Origin: Thermodesulfovibrionales bacterium
GTDB taxonomy: Bacteria; Nitrospirota; Thermodesulfovibrionia; Thermodesulfovibrionales; JdFR-86
DNA: 64,000 bases
NCBI GenBank assembly: GCA_030682405.1
Contig: JAUXOF010000038.1
Span: forward strand, 1,044-65,043
Direction: 5' to 3'
Shown: positions 51,567-59,974 of the stretch, in pieces
How the letters are laid out: the number at the start of each line of letters is the position of its first letter
How positions within the stretch are numbered: the first letter of the stretch is position 1
Made by a program: the position numbers and the translations under genes
The notes under the pieces: model-generated
Databases searched by the model: none
What the model was told of the DNA's origin: nothing
Seen by the model: only the letters and a program-made list of their open reading frames with translations

Positions 51567-54162
51567 GGTGAAGCCTCAGGAAATCGTTCAAAAACATCTC
51601 GGTGACAGCATCGTTGTACATGGCCATGTCAAGCTGCTTGGTGTAGACCGTCAGCTTTCCCATCTTCTCAAGTGTCTCCTCGATGTCCGACTGCCTGTAT
51701 TTGGTCAGGTTGGCGTCTATCACGTCCTCAATCACGGTTACCCTGAAATCCAGTTTTTTGAGGATATCCGTTATCAGCCTGACCCTCCTTAACCTCCTGT
51801 CCGTGGCGGCCCCTCCGCCCTTAAAAAAGAATTTTATGTAATTGTCGTTTATGTTGTCGCCGGCATATGCCTCCACCATCGAGAAGTGATAGCCGAGCCT
51901 TATGCTGAAATTCATGTAATTGCGGGACACTATCGCATAGCTCTTGCCTCCCATTTTGCGGAGCTCCTCCTCCTGTATGGTGGTCGTATGCGCAACCATC
52001 CCCAGAAACCCCTTGACGTCTGCGGACCTCGGTTCCGGCCATTTCATGCCCGTCAGTCCCCTCAGGAACGCGCTGAAGGGTATGGAGACTATATCCTCAG
52101 GCGCAACCTTCCTTAAATCGCCCTTTATGCCCCCTTCGATATCAAGCAGATGGGCGTCTATGGGGATGCCGGCCTTAAGCGCGCTTGTTTGGGAACCGAG
52201 CCTCTTTGCGTCGCCGGCCTCCGCAAAGGCGACTGCCGAAAGCAGGTCCTCAAGGCTGTCAATGGCCTGCCCCTTGCCTGTCTTGAATATCTCGGCCATC
52301 GCCATCTCATGGACAAATCTCGTTATGTCATGAAACGTCCTGCATGAGTCCGCCCTGAAGTCCTTGTCGTCGGGGTCCACAAGGTTGAGCGGGACTATTA
52401 GCTTCAGAACCCTCTGAAGCGTCTGGAACAGGCGCGTGTCTTTAAAGGGTTCCCTTCGTTTTGTGGCGCACTTAAGCACCTCCTCGACCCTGCCCTCATA
52501 GATGTTGCAGTTAATCGCATCCACTGTCACTTCCTGCCCGTCCCTTATCAGCCGCGTTGCATCGCCGGCATCGAGAATCGTCGGGATGCCGTATTCCCTT
52601 GAAAGGGACGCCATATGCCCGGTGGCGCTGCCTACGTCGGTGACGATGGCAGAGGCCTTGTTCATCACGGTAACGAATTTTGTTGAACTGTGTCTTGCCA
52701 CAAGCACGGCGCCATCGGGGAAATCCTTCAGTCCCTCGTCGTCCCTGAATATAAATGCCTTCCCTGAGGCCGCGCCCTTGCAGGCTATGACCCCCCCGCT
52801 TATAAGGACGTTATACCCCTCCACGCGCAAAGGCACGCTGCATGAAGGCTGCCCCGCCTCAACCGTCATTAACGGCCTGCTCTGAAGGATATTCACGCAG
52901 CCGTCCCGGGCAACGGCCCACTCTATGTCCTGAGGCCTGCCGTAATGTTCCTCAAGGGCAATGGCATAGTCAAAGAGGCTTTCTATCTGTTCGCCTGATA
53001 GAGACGGCCTGTCCCAAAGCCCTTCAGGGACGCCGACCTCCATTATATCGCCTTCAGGGCTGCACACGAGCATCTTCCGCTGCCCGTGCGCGGCCTCGGA
53101 CAGGACGGCCCCGGTCTGTCTTGAGACGATGTACGAATCCGGGGTCTCCGTTCCGTCTACAACTGATTTTCCAAGCCCCCGCATGGCGTTGATGATAACC
53201 TTATCGCCTTCAGGCTCGTTGGGGTCCCTTGTGTAGACCACCCCTCCGGAGGCGGCATCCACCATCGTAAGGACGCCGACTGCCATGACCATATCGTCTT
53301 CGGAAAAACCCCTTGTCTTATAGTAGAAGATGGCCTGATGGGTAAAGAGGCTTGATATTACCTCCTTATATTTGCTGAGAATCGAATCTCCGGGCACATT
53401 CAGAAAAGTGGCGTACTGCCCTGCAAAACTGAAATCCCCGTCTTCGTAGATTGCGCTGCTTCTGACCGCCACCCTCGCAGCCGCACCCGCCTTCAGGCAA
53501 AGCTCGGAATACGCCTTCATGACAGTGTGTTGCAAATCCGCAGGGATTTCCGCATCCGCCACCATGCCCTGTATCTGATTGCTCGTCTCTGTGAGTTCGT
53601 TAAGGTCGTCAATCCCCATCTCCGAAAGCCTTTTGTTTATCCTGTCAGCAAGCCTGTTGTGCTCCATAAACCTCTTGAAGGCATATGCGGTGATTGAAAA
53701 GCCATCCGGCGTCTGGAACTTCAGGCGGTTTTTGATTTCGCCGAGGTGTGCGATTTTGCCGCCGGCGATGCCGGACATCTCCTTTGTAATGGAGGAAAGC
53801 GCAATGGCAAGGTCGCTGACCGGAATCTCAAGTTTGCGGGTCAGGGTGTTTGAGATTTCCTCCTTTATGCCCCCGTAAACTTTATATAACTGCATGTATT
53901 CGCCATTGGAAAGGTCATTCATGTGCTCTATAATCTTAAAAACCCCTTCGGATACATGCAGTACGCTCTCGTTGATATACTGCCTATCAAAGAGGTACTC
54001 CCCGGAAAGCTTCTCCTCCATGTCAGCCATAAGCATCAGGACATTGTTGTTTTCCTTCAGTAGGGACTGAAAAGCAGTATACTTTTTCCTTAATGCCTCC
54101 ATAAGGCCGTCATGCTGAACCTTTTTGGGTTTTTTGCGGAATTTTTCAAAAAAACCCTTCAT
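51556..54162 (-). CDS. PEP-utilising-enzyme family protein: PPDK_N-type ATP-grasp plus swivel phospho-His domain plus ~330-aa non-TIM C-terminal region
   Basis: IAGGKIAHLGEI and VAVRSSAIYEDGDFSFAGQYATFLNV (nucleotide-binding domain). TDVGSATGHMASLSREYGIPT (mobile His domain). The C-terminus lacks the NDLTQ/CGE motifs seen in the ppdK of this window and contains LLSAVAFAEAGD. Confidence 0.75.
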   Translation of the reverse strand: MKGFFEKFRKKPKKVQHDGLMEALRKKYTAFQSLLKENNNVLMLMADMEEKLSGEYLFDRQYINESVLHVSEGVFKIIEHMNDLSNGEYMQLYKVYGGIKEEISNTLTRKLEIPVSDLAIALSSITKEMSGIAGGKIAHLGEIKNRLKFQTPDGFSITAYAFKRFMEHNRLADRINKRLSEMGIDDLNELTETSNQIQGMVADAEIPADLQHTVMKAYSELCLKAGAAARVAVRSSAIYEDGDFSFAGQYATFLNVPGDSILSKYKEVISSLFTHQAIFYYKTRGFSEDDMVMAVGVLTMVDAASGGVVYTRDPNEPEGDKVIINAMRGLGKSVVDGTETPDSYIVSRQTGAVLSEAAHGQRKMLVCSPEGDIMEVGVPEGLWDRPSLSGEQIESLFDYAIALEEHYGRPQDIEWAVARDGCVNILQSRPLMTVEAGQPSCSVPLRVEGYNVLISGGVIACKGAASGKAFIFRDDEGLKDFPDGAVLVARHSSTKFVTVMNKASAIVTDVGSATGHMASLSREYGIPTILDAGDATRLIRDGQEVTVDAINCNIYEGRVEEVLKCATKRREPFKDTRLFQTLQRVLKLIVPLNLVDPDDKDFRADSCRTFHDITRFVHEMAMAEIFKTGKGQAIDSLEDLLSAVAFAEAGDAKRLGSQTSALKAGIPIDAHLLDIEGGIKGDLRKVAPEDIVSIPFSAFLRGLTGMKWPEPRSADVKGFLGMVAHTTTIQEEELRKMGGKSYAIVSRNYMNFSIRLGYHFSMVEAYAGDNINDNYIKFFFKGGGAATDRRLRRVRLITDILKKLDFRVTVIEDVIDANLTKYRQSDIEETLEKMGKLTVYTKQLDMAMYNDAVTEMFLNDFLRLHLSR

Positions 54163-54279
54163 GCCTAATTATACCCCATAAGCCATAATTTTTCATAAAC
54201 CAGACTTCCGGGATGTGAGTGCATTTTTTAAGCTTAAAAACTCTTTTTTTTCAGGGGGTTACAAAGCATAAAAAAAGAC

Positions 54280-54308
54280 TTGACAAAAAAAAGCCTTTCG
54301 GTTAATAT
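54280..54308 (+). promoter_or_regulatory. Sigma-70 promoter for the GntR-headed operon
   Basis: TTGACA (54280-54285), a 17-nt spacer, TAATAT (54303-54308). Confidence 0.55.
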
Positions 54309-54309
54309 C

Positions 54310-54354
54310 ATTTCATTATAATTAAATAGATTATAATGAAATACCTTATAATGA
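54310..54354. promoter_or_regulatory. Operator candidate: perfect 13-bp inverted repeat plus a third half-site
   Basis: atttcattataat-N7-attataatgaaat (54310-54342) and a further ttataatga at 54346-54354. These lie between the -10 box and the GntR ATG at 54356. Confidence 0.55.
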
Positions 54355-54355
54355 T

Positions 54356-55102
54356 ATGATTAAACAAGAACGGTCAGTAAACAGGGACAAGCCCCAAAAG
54401 CTCTATATCCAGCTCCTCGATATAATAAGGGAAAGGATAGAGGCTGGCGAATGGCCTGTAGGCTCGCAGATACCTATAGAGGAGGAGCTATGCAGGGTTT
54501 ATGGAGTGAGCAAGGCCACAGTGAGGTTTGCGGTCTTGGAGCTTGTAAGAAAGGGCTATCTCAAGCGGCAGCAGGGCAAGGGCACCTTCGTCTGTAAAAG
54601 GGTCATACCCGAAGGGCTTACAATGTCAAGCAGCTTCAAGGAGCTGATGCTTGAGCACGGGATAGCCTACACCACCATACTGCTCGCCCAGACGGTGCTG
54701 ATGCCGATAGACGACCTTGACGTAAAGCTCGAAATCCCTGAAAACACCCATGTCATATACATAAAAAGACTGCGGAGCGTGGAGGGCGAGCCTGCCGTGA
54801 TTCAGGAATCCTTCATCCCACACCACATATGCCCTTCCCTTCTTAAGGAGGATGTTGTGGAAAACTCCCTGTTTGAGCTCTTCGAGAACAAATACGACAT
54901 AACCATTACCGGGGTCAGGGACTTCATAGAGGTCGCATACTCCAGCGCAGGCGAAAGCAAGCTCCTTGGGCTTCCGAAAGACTCGCCGGTGCTGCTGCTT
55001 GAGCAGCACTTCTACTCAGGGGAGTCGCAGATAATGTACATGCGCTCTGTGAAGCGCCCGGAGAGGTTCAGGCTGTCCATAGATTTCAAGAAAAAGGAGT
55101 GA
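54356..55102 (+). CDS. GntR-family (HutC-type, UTRA) transcriptional regulator, paralogue of 45564..46304
   Basis: IPIEEELCRVYGVSKATVRFAVLELVRKGYLKRQQGKGTFV is nearly identical in the HTH to the other GntR. The effector domain has diverged. Confidence 0.85.
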   Translation: MIKQERSVNRDKPQKLYIQLLDIIRERIEAGEWPVGSQIPIEEELCRVYGVSKATVRFAVLELVRKGYLKRQQGKGTFVCKRVIPEGLTMSSSFKELMLEHGIAYTTILLAQTVLMPIDDLDVKLEIPENTHVIYIKRLRSVEGEPAVIQESFIPHHICPSLLKEDVVENSLFELFENKYDITITGVRDFIEVAYSSAGESKLLGLPKDSPVLLLEQHFYSGESQIMYMRSVKRPERFRLSIDFKKKE

Positions 55103-55145
55103 ACGGTTTCCGTATTTTTGATAAATCAAGGTTAAAGGAGGCTTT

Positions 55146-55667
55146 ATGGCAGGGACTAAGACTGTAAAGGATTTGATGGTCGGCGTTTTTGACTTCCCGC
55201 ACATACCTTATTGGTTCACGATAAGGCAGGCAATCGGAATCATCAGGGTGTCATTTTTAAGCACAAAGAAATACCCCCAGCCCATGGCGATACTCGTGTT
55301 TGACGAAAAGTACAACCTTCTGGGCACGCTCGGTCTTAAGGATATCCTGAGGGGGCTTGAGCCGAGATTTCTAAGGCCCACGACAAAGGCGCAGGTGCAT
55401 GCAGAGGACGAATCCGGGCTTTCCGTACTTTGGGACACCCCCTTTGACACGGAATCTAAAAAGAACGCAGAGCGGCCTGTAAGCGAGGTTATGACTTCTA
55501 CAAAGTTCTTCGTCAAACCCGAAGACCCCATCACAAAGGCGGCATACCTCATGGTCCATAACGACCTTGCCCTGCTGCCCGTTCTGGAGGATAAGAAGAA
55601 GTTTGTGGGATTGATAAGGATGATAGAGATATTCGATGAACTGTCAACCGCAATCTTAGCGGAATAA
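55146..55667 (+). CDS. CBS-domain pair protein
   Basis: Two CBS-like units (VKDLMVG...LLGTLGLKDILRGL and VSEVMTSTKFFVKPEDPITKAAYLMVHNDLALLPVLEDKKKFVGLIRMIEI). Confidence 0.7.
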   Translation: MAGTKTVKDLMVGVFDFPHIPYWFTIRQAIGIIRVSFLSTKKYPQPMAILVFDEKYNLLGTLGLKDILRGLEPRFLRPTTKAQVHAEDESGLSVLWDTPFDTESKKNAERPVSEVMTSTKFFVKPEDPITKAAYLMVHNDLALLPVLEDKKKFVGLIRMIEIFDELSTAILAE

Positions 55668-55679
55668 AGGAGATACTAT

Positions 55680-57230
55680 ATGGAAAAGAAAAACAAAACT
55701 CAGCAGGGACTGCCGGAGCCTCCGCAGGAGATACTGGTTGCAACGCCAAAAATACCTTTTGACTGGAAAAGGGTTTTTTTCATATTGCTCGGGCTTTCTC
55801 TTTTCCTTGTTATTTATTATATGCCGCCGTGGAAGGAAGCCCTTGACCCGACCGGCAAGGCATTCTCCCTTTCTAAAGAAGGCAAAGGAGCAATCGCACT
55901 CTTCCTTTTGGCGGGCATATGGTGGGTGTTTGAGGTAGTGCCCATCGGCGTGACGGCCTTAGCCATAGGCGTGTTTCAGGCGCTTTTCGGCATCCGTTCG
56001 GCAAAAGAGGCGTTCAAGGATTTCATGGACCCTTCGGTCATGTTCATCTTCGGCTCTGTGGTGGTCGGGCTTGCGTTCACAAAATCCGGCCTGACAAAGC
56101 GTCTCGCCTATAAGATGCTCGGCGTGGTCGGCGAGAATACAGGCATGATACTCCTCGGCTGTCTTGTGGTCACGGCGGGGCTTGCCCACTTCATGGCGCA
56201 CACCGCTGCCGCAGCAACCGTATTCCCTATCCTTTTGGCCATCTACGCACTATACGGCGAGGGCGACAAGCCGTCCAATTTCGGCAAGGCCCTTTTTATA
56301 GGCATGGCGTATGCGGCTGGAGCGGGCAGCATCATTACATTCTTAGGCGCGGCCCGTGGCCCGGCGGCTGCGGGCATGTTCAAGGAGTTCACCGGCAGGG
56401 ACGTCGGGTTTTTCGAGCTTACGAAATACATGTTCCTCGTCGGCTGGCTCATGGTATTTATTATCTGGGGTTACCTTATGATATTCCTTAAACCGGAAAA
56501 GAAGGTCATAGCCGGGCTGAAAGAAAAGGTGAAAAAGCTCTCCAAGGAGCTCGGCCCCGTGACGAGGGACGAGAAGTTCGTCATCTTCTGCGTCATCGGC
56601 GTGGTGATAGTAATGTCTTTACAGTCCCTTGTGCCGGCCCTCAAGTCCATGGACAGGGCGGCCATAATGCTCATCTCCACCCTCCTCTTTTTCGTATTCA
56701 AGGTGCTTACCGTGAAGGAGCTTGAGGAAATCCCGTGGAACATAATACTCCTTTTCAGCGGTGCGATGAGCATCGGGTTCTGCCTCTGGCAGACAGGGGC
56801 CGCACAATGGATGGCTGTCAACTGGCTCGTGATGTTCCAGAAGGCGCACTGGCTCGTATTCGTGCTGAGCATAGCGACATTCGTCCTCCTTATGACGAAC
56901 TTCATAATGAACGTGGCGGCTATTGCGATTTCGCTGCCGGTCTCTCTGGTCATCGCCCAGTATCTGGGCGTGGCCCCTGATGTGATATTTTACGCCTCTC
57001 TGGTCACCGCGGGCATGCCCTTCCTGCTCCTCATCGGAGCGGCCCCCAATGCAATCGCTTATGAATCCAAGCAGTTTACTACGGGCGAGTTCTTCAAACA
57101 CGGGATACCGATGAGCATTATACTGATAGTCGTCCTCGGCGCGGCCCTTATCACCATATGGCCGCTTTTCGGCATGCCGATTACGCTCCCGGCTTCAGCC
57201 GTGGAGATAACGAATGCGGTTGTGAGGTAG
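55680..57230 (+). CDS. DASS/SLC13-type anion permease (ion-transporter superfamily)
   Basis: 516 aa with about 12+ TM. GIWWVFEVVPIGVTAL and a later LPVSLVIAQ...GAAPNAIAY resemble the two hairpin/SNT-type regions of DASS carriers. Confidence 0.65.
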   Translation: MEKKNKTQQGLPEPPQEILVATPKIPFDWKRVFFILLGLSLFLVIYYMPPWKEALDPTGKAFSLSKEGKGAIALFLLAGIWWVFEVVPIGVTALAIGVFQALFGIRSAKEAFKDFMDPSVMFIFGSVVVGLAFTKSGLTKRLAYKMLGVVGENTGMILLGCLVVTAGLAHFMAHTAAAATVFPILLAIYALYGEGDKPSNFGKALFIGMAYAAGAGSIITFLGAARGPAAAGMFKEFTGRDVGFFELTKYMFLVGWLMVFIIWGYLMIFLKPEKKVIAGLKEKVKKLSKELGPVTRDEKFVIFCVIGVVIVMSLQSLVPALKSMDRAAIMLISTLLFFVFKVLTVKELEEIPWNIILLFSGAMSIGFCLWQTGAAQWMAVNWLVMFQKAHWLVFVLSIATFVLLMTNFIMNVAAIAISLPVSLVIAQYLGVAPDVIFYASLVTAGMPFLLLIGAAPNAIAYESKQFTTGEFFKHGIPMSIILIVVLGAALITIWPLFGMPITLPASAVEITNAVVR

Positions 57231-57234
57231 GGTC

Positions 57235-57948
57235 ATGGGCTTTGAGAAAGTCTTAGAGAAGATTTTCCCCGGAGCACTCGGGGAGGTCGGGTTTGTGCAG
57301 AAGACATACAGCGAACTTAAGCCCATGGGGTTTCGCTCGGAAAACACCATAGTGTCTGTCTGTATATGCAGGGACGAAATCTCCCAGTCCGTGCGGAGCA
57401 TCATAAAGCACGTATGGGGGGAGGCGTTCAACCTCTCAAGCCTTGCGGGCATGTTCTTTGCCGGAAAGACAGGCATTAAGGCCGCTATGCACCACGCCCC
57501 AATCACTGACGGCAAGGAACGGTATGTGTTTTACGGCATGTCCCACATTGCAATAGACAGTGAGGGCCGAATCGGGACATGCAGGAGGACGGGAAGGCAG
57601 GAGGAGTCGGTTGCATGCGGCGCGCTGGCCGCATTCCAGGAAGAGATGGCCGGCGGAAGGCTCGATGTCTCACTTGACATTGAGGACGTGGAGCAGAGCC
57701 TGATAAAGATGCGCCTGATAAAGAAAATAACATATGGCCGCATCCCGGAACTCTTGGAGCTTACGAAAATCACCCTGTCTGCGATTCAGGAGGACCTCGA
57801 AAACACCCTCAAAGGGGTTGTGGACACAGAAAAAAGCGACTACGCCCTTATAACCGGCATACAGGTACACGGCCCGGACGGAAACTACGTATGGCCCTCG
57901 TCCTCTTACGCGATTGTAAACAGAGAAAGACATGAAATCAAGCTTTAA
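57235..57948 (+). CDS. Soluble protein resembling the LCIB/LCIC (beta-carbonic-anhydrase-fold) family
   Basis: 237 aa. Candidate Cys/His/Cys metal ligands lie in SVCICRDE (C43/C45), GMSHIAID (H104) and SVACGAL (C128), with spacing like beta-CA-fold LCIB proteins. The assignment is from memory of the family pattern, not a search. Confidence 0.4.
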   Translation: MGFEKVLEKIFPGALGEVGFVQKTYSELKPMGFRSENTIVSVCICRDEISQSVRSIIKHVWGEAFNLSSLAGMFFAGKTGIKAAMHHAPITDGKERYVFYGMSHIAIDSEGRIGTCRRTGRQEESVACGALAAFQEEMAGGRLDVSLDIEDVEQSLIKMRLIKKITYGRIPELLELTKITLSAIQEDLENTLKGVVDTEKSDYALITGIQVHGPDGNYVWPSSSYAIVNRERHEIKL

Positions 57949-57960
57949 GAAGGAGAAAAT

Positions 57961-58449
57961 ATGAAGGCAAAGGACTTGATGATACCGCTTCGGGAATACC
58001 TGAGGCCGGACACTACGCTTAGAGAGGCTGCAAACATCCTGAGGACTGCAAACCGGGGCGAGGAGAAGGTCGGAGTCAAAGGGCTTCCCGTGCTTGATGA
58101 AAGCGGAAAGATGATAGGGTTTCTATCTATAGGCGACATTCTGAAGGCCGTGTTCCCCTCGTACATGTCCCTTATGGACTTAGGGGACTTCACGTGGGAC
58201 GGCATGGTAGAGGACATGGCAAAAAAAGCAGGGGGCAAAAAGGTCTCGGACATGATGACCAAAAAAGTCATAAGCGTAAACGAGGACTCATCCCTGATGG
58301 AGTGCGTTGACCACATGCTCAAAAACAACGTAAAGAGGCTTCCGGTAATAAGCAAAGACGGCGGGGTTACAGGGATTCTCTACGAAAGGGACGTGTTTTT
58401 TGCAATCACAAAGGCAATGCTTGAGGAAAATCAGGGAGGTGCGAAATGA
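57961..58449 (+). CDS. CBS-domain pair protein
   Basis: MKAKDLMIPL...GLPVLDESGKMIGFLSIGDILKAV and VSDMMTKKVISVNEDSSLMECVDHMLKNNVKRLPVISKDGGVTGILYERDV. The stop overlaps the next start. Confidence 0.8.
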   Translation: MKAKDLMIPLREYLRPDTTLREAANILRTANRGEEKVGVKGLPVLDESGKMIGFLSIGDILKAVFPSYMSLMDLGDFTWDGMVEDMAKKAGGKKVSDMMTKKVISVNEDSSLMECVDHMLKNNVKRLPVISKDGGVTGILYERDVFFAITKAMLEENQGGAK

Positions 58450-59807
58450 CGCACGAGGCAGCGCAGCCCTTTATAATGGATACGGCCTTCTGGACTGCTA
58501 CGATAATATTTCTTATGGCCTATGCGGTAATCGTCTCAGAGAAGATACATAAGACCATAGTGGCGATATTCTGCGCGTCCCTCATGCTTGTCCTCAAGAT
58601 ACTTCACCAGCACGAGGCCTTTCATGTGGAGGAGTTCGGGGTGGACTGGAACGTCATATTCCTGCTGATAAGCATGATGGTGATAATCAACCTGATGAGG
58701 CCGACCGGCGTTTTTGAATACATAGCGATTAAGAGCGCAAAATGGGGCAGGGGCGAGCCGTTCAGGATAATGGCCATTTTTGCGATAGTCACTGCCGTCC
58801 TCAGCGCCTTGCTTGATAACGTTACAACAGTGCTGCTCATCACGCCTGTCACGCTCCTCATAGCCGACGCCCTTGAGGTGGACCCTATACCGTATCTCAT
58901 CTCCTGCGTTCTGGCCTCAAACATAGGCGGCACGGCCACACTGATAGGAGACCCGCCGAATATAATGATAGCCTCAAAGGCGCAGCTTAATTTCATGGAC
59001 TTCATCTACCACCTGTCGCCAATAGTCATAATCATAATGGTCTTCTATGTCTTCGCGATAAAGCTCATCTGGGGCAAAAAGCTCGTGACGAGGGACGAAC
59101 TTAAGCAGAGGATAATGTCCATGAACGAAAACGAGGCGATTAAGGACCCTGTGATGCTAAAGAAGTCCCTTGTCGTCCTCGGCCTCGTCCTCACGGGTTT
59201 TGTGTTCCACGGCGCGCTTCACTTTCAGCCTGCGACCGTCGCGCTATTCGGCGCAGGGCTTCTTCTTTTGCTTTCAAAGACCCACGAGCCTCATCACATA
59301 CTTGCCGAGGTTGAATGGCCCACGATATTTTTCTTCATTGGGCTTTTCATCATCGTAGGCGGTGTCGTGAAGGTGGGGCTTATAAAGTGGATGTCCGTTC
59401 AGGTGCTTGACATAACGCAGGGCAACCTCTTTGCAACCTCCATGGTTATAATGTGGTTTTCCGCCTTCGCCTCAGCCATAGTGGACAACATCCCCTATGT
59501 GGCCACGATGAACCCCTTGATAGTGGATATGGCGGGTCAATTGTGGCCCGATTTGTCGGGTGTCCAGCTCCTTCATCACCCTGACCTCATGCCTATCTGG
59601 TGGTCACTTGCCCTCGGTGCCTGCCTTGGGGGAAACGGCTCGGCAATCGGGGCCTCGGCAAACGTAATAGTGGTCGGCATGTCCGAGAAGGCCGGCAAAA
59701 AAATATCCTTCATGAAATTCATGGCCTACGGCATGCCGCTTATGATAATGACCGTAATCATCTCGACGGTCTACGTCTGGCTGAGATATTACGTGCTGAA
59801 GATATAG
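58446..59807 (+). CDS. ArsB/NhaD-superfamily (YbiR/SLC13-like) anion permease
   Basis: 453 aa, multi-TM. LLDNVTTVLLITPV and AIVDNIPYVATMNP repeats are typical of the ArsB/NhaD permease fold. Confidence 0.65.
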   Translation: MTHEAAQPFIMDTAFWTATIIFLMAYAVIVSEKIHKTIVAIFCASLMLVLKILHQHEAFHVEEFGVDWNVIFLLISMMVIINLMRPTGVFEYIAIKSAKWGRGEPFRIMAIFAIVTAVLSALLDNVTTVLLITPVTLLIADALEVDPIPYLISCVLASNIGGTATLIGDPPNIMIASKAQLNFMDFIYHLSPIVIIIMVFYVFAIKLIWGKKLVTRDELKQRIMSMNENEAIKDPVMLKKSLVVLGLVLTGFVFHGALHFQPATVALFGAGLLLLLSKTHEPHHILAEVEWPTIFFFIGLFIIVGGVVKVGLIKWMSVQVLDITQGNLFATSMVIMWFSAFASAIVDNIPYVATMNPLIVDMAGQLWPDLSGVQLLHHPDLMPIWWSLALGACLGGNGSAIGASANVIVVGMSEKAGKKISFMKFMAYGMPLMIMTVIISTVYVWLRYYVLKI

Positions 59808-59911
59808 GACAACTTTAGCAGGCTGATAGCAGTCTATGAGGTTTAACCCCGGCCTTGTCGGGCGTGCCGGTTAATGGCATATCTTAGGTGGAGACTGTCA
59901 GAGAGGAGAAC

Positions 59912-59974
59912 ATGTTTGAGTTAAGAGAAAATTATATGTCAAATCCCCTCAAGGCCTTGAGGAGGATGTTATGA
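59912..59974 (+). CDS. Possible 20-codon leader ORF overlapping the nhaD start
   Basis: GAGAGGAGAA RBS, then ATG at 59912. MFELRENYMSNPLKALRRML. The stop TGA overlaps the nhaD ATG (ATGA). Confidence 0.25.
   Translation: MFELRENYMSNPLKALRRML
59947..59962 (+). promoter_or_regulatory. 16-bp perfect palindrome overlapping the nhaD Shine-Dalgarno
   Basis: cctcaaggccttgagg. The 3' arm forms part of GAGGAGGA, 9 nt before the ATG at 59971. Confidence 0.4.
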
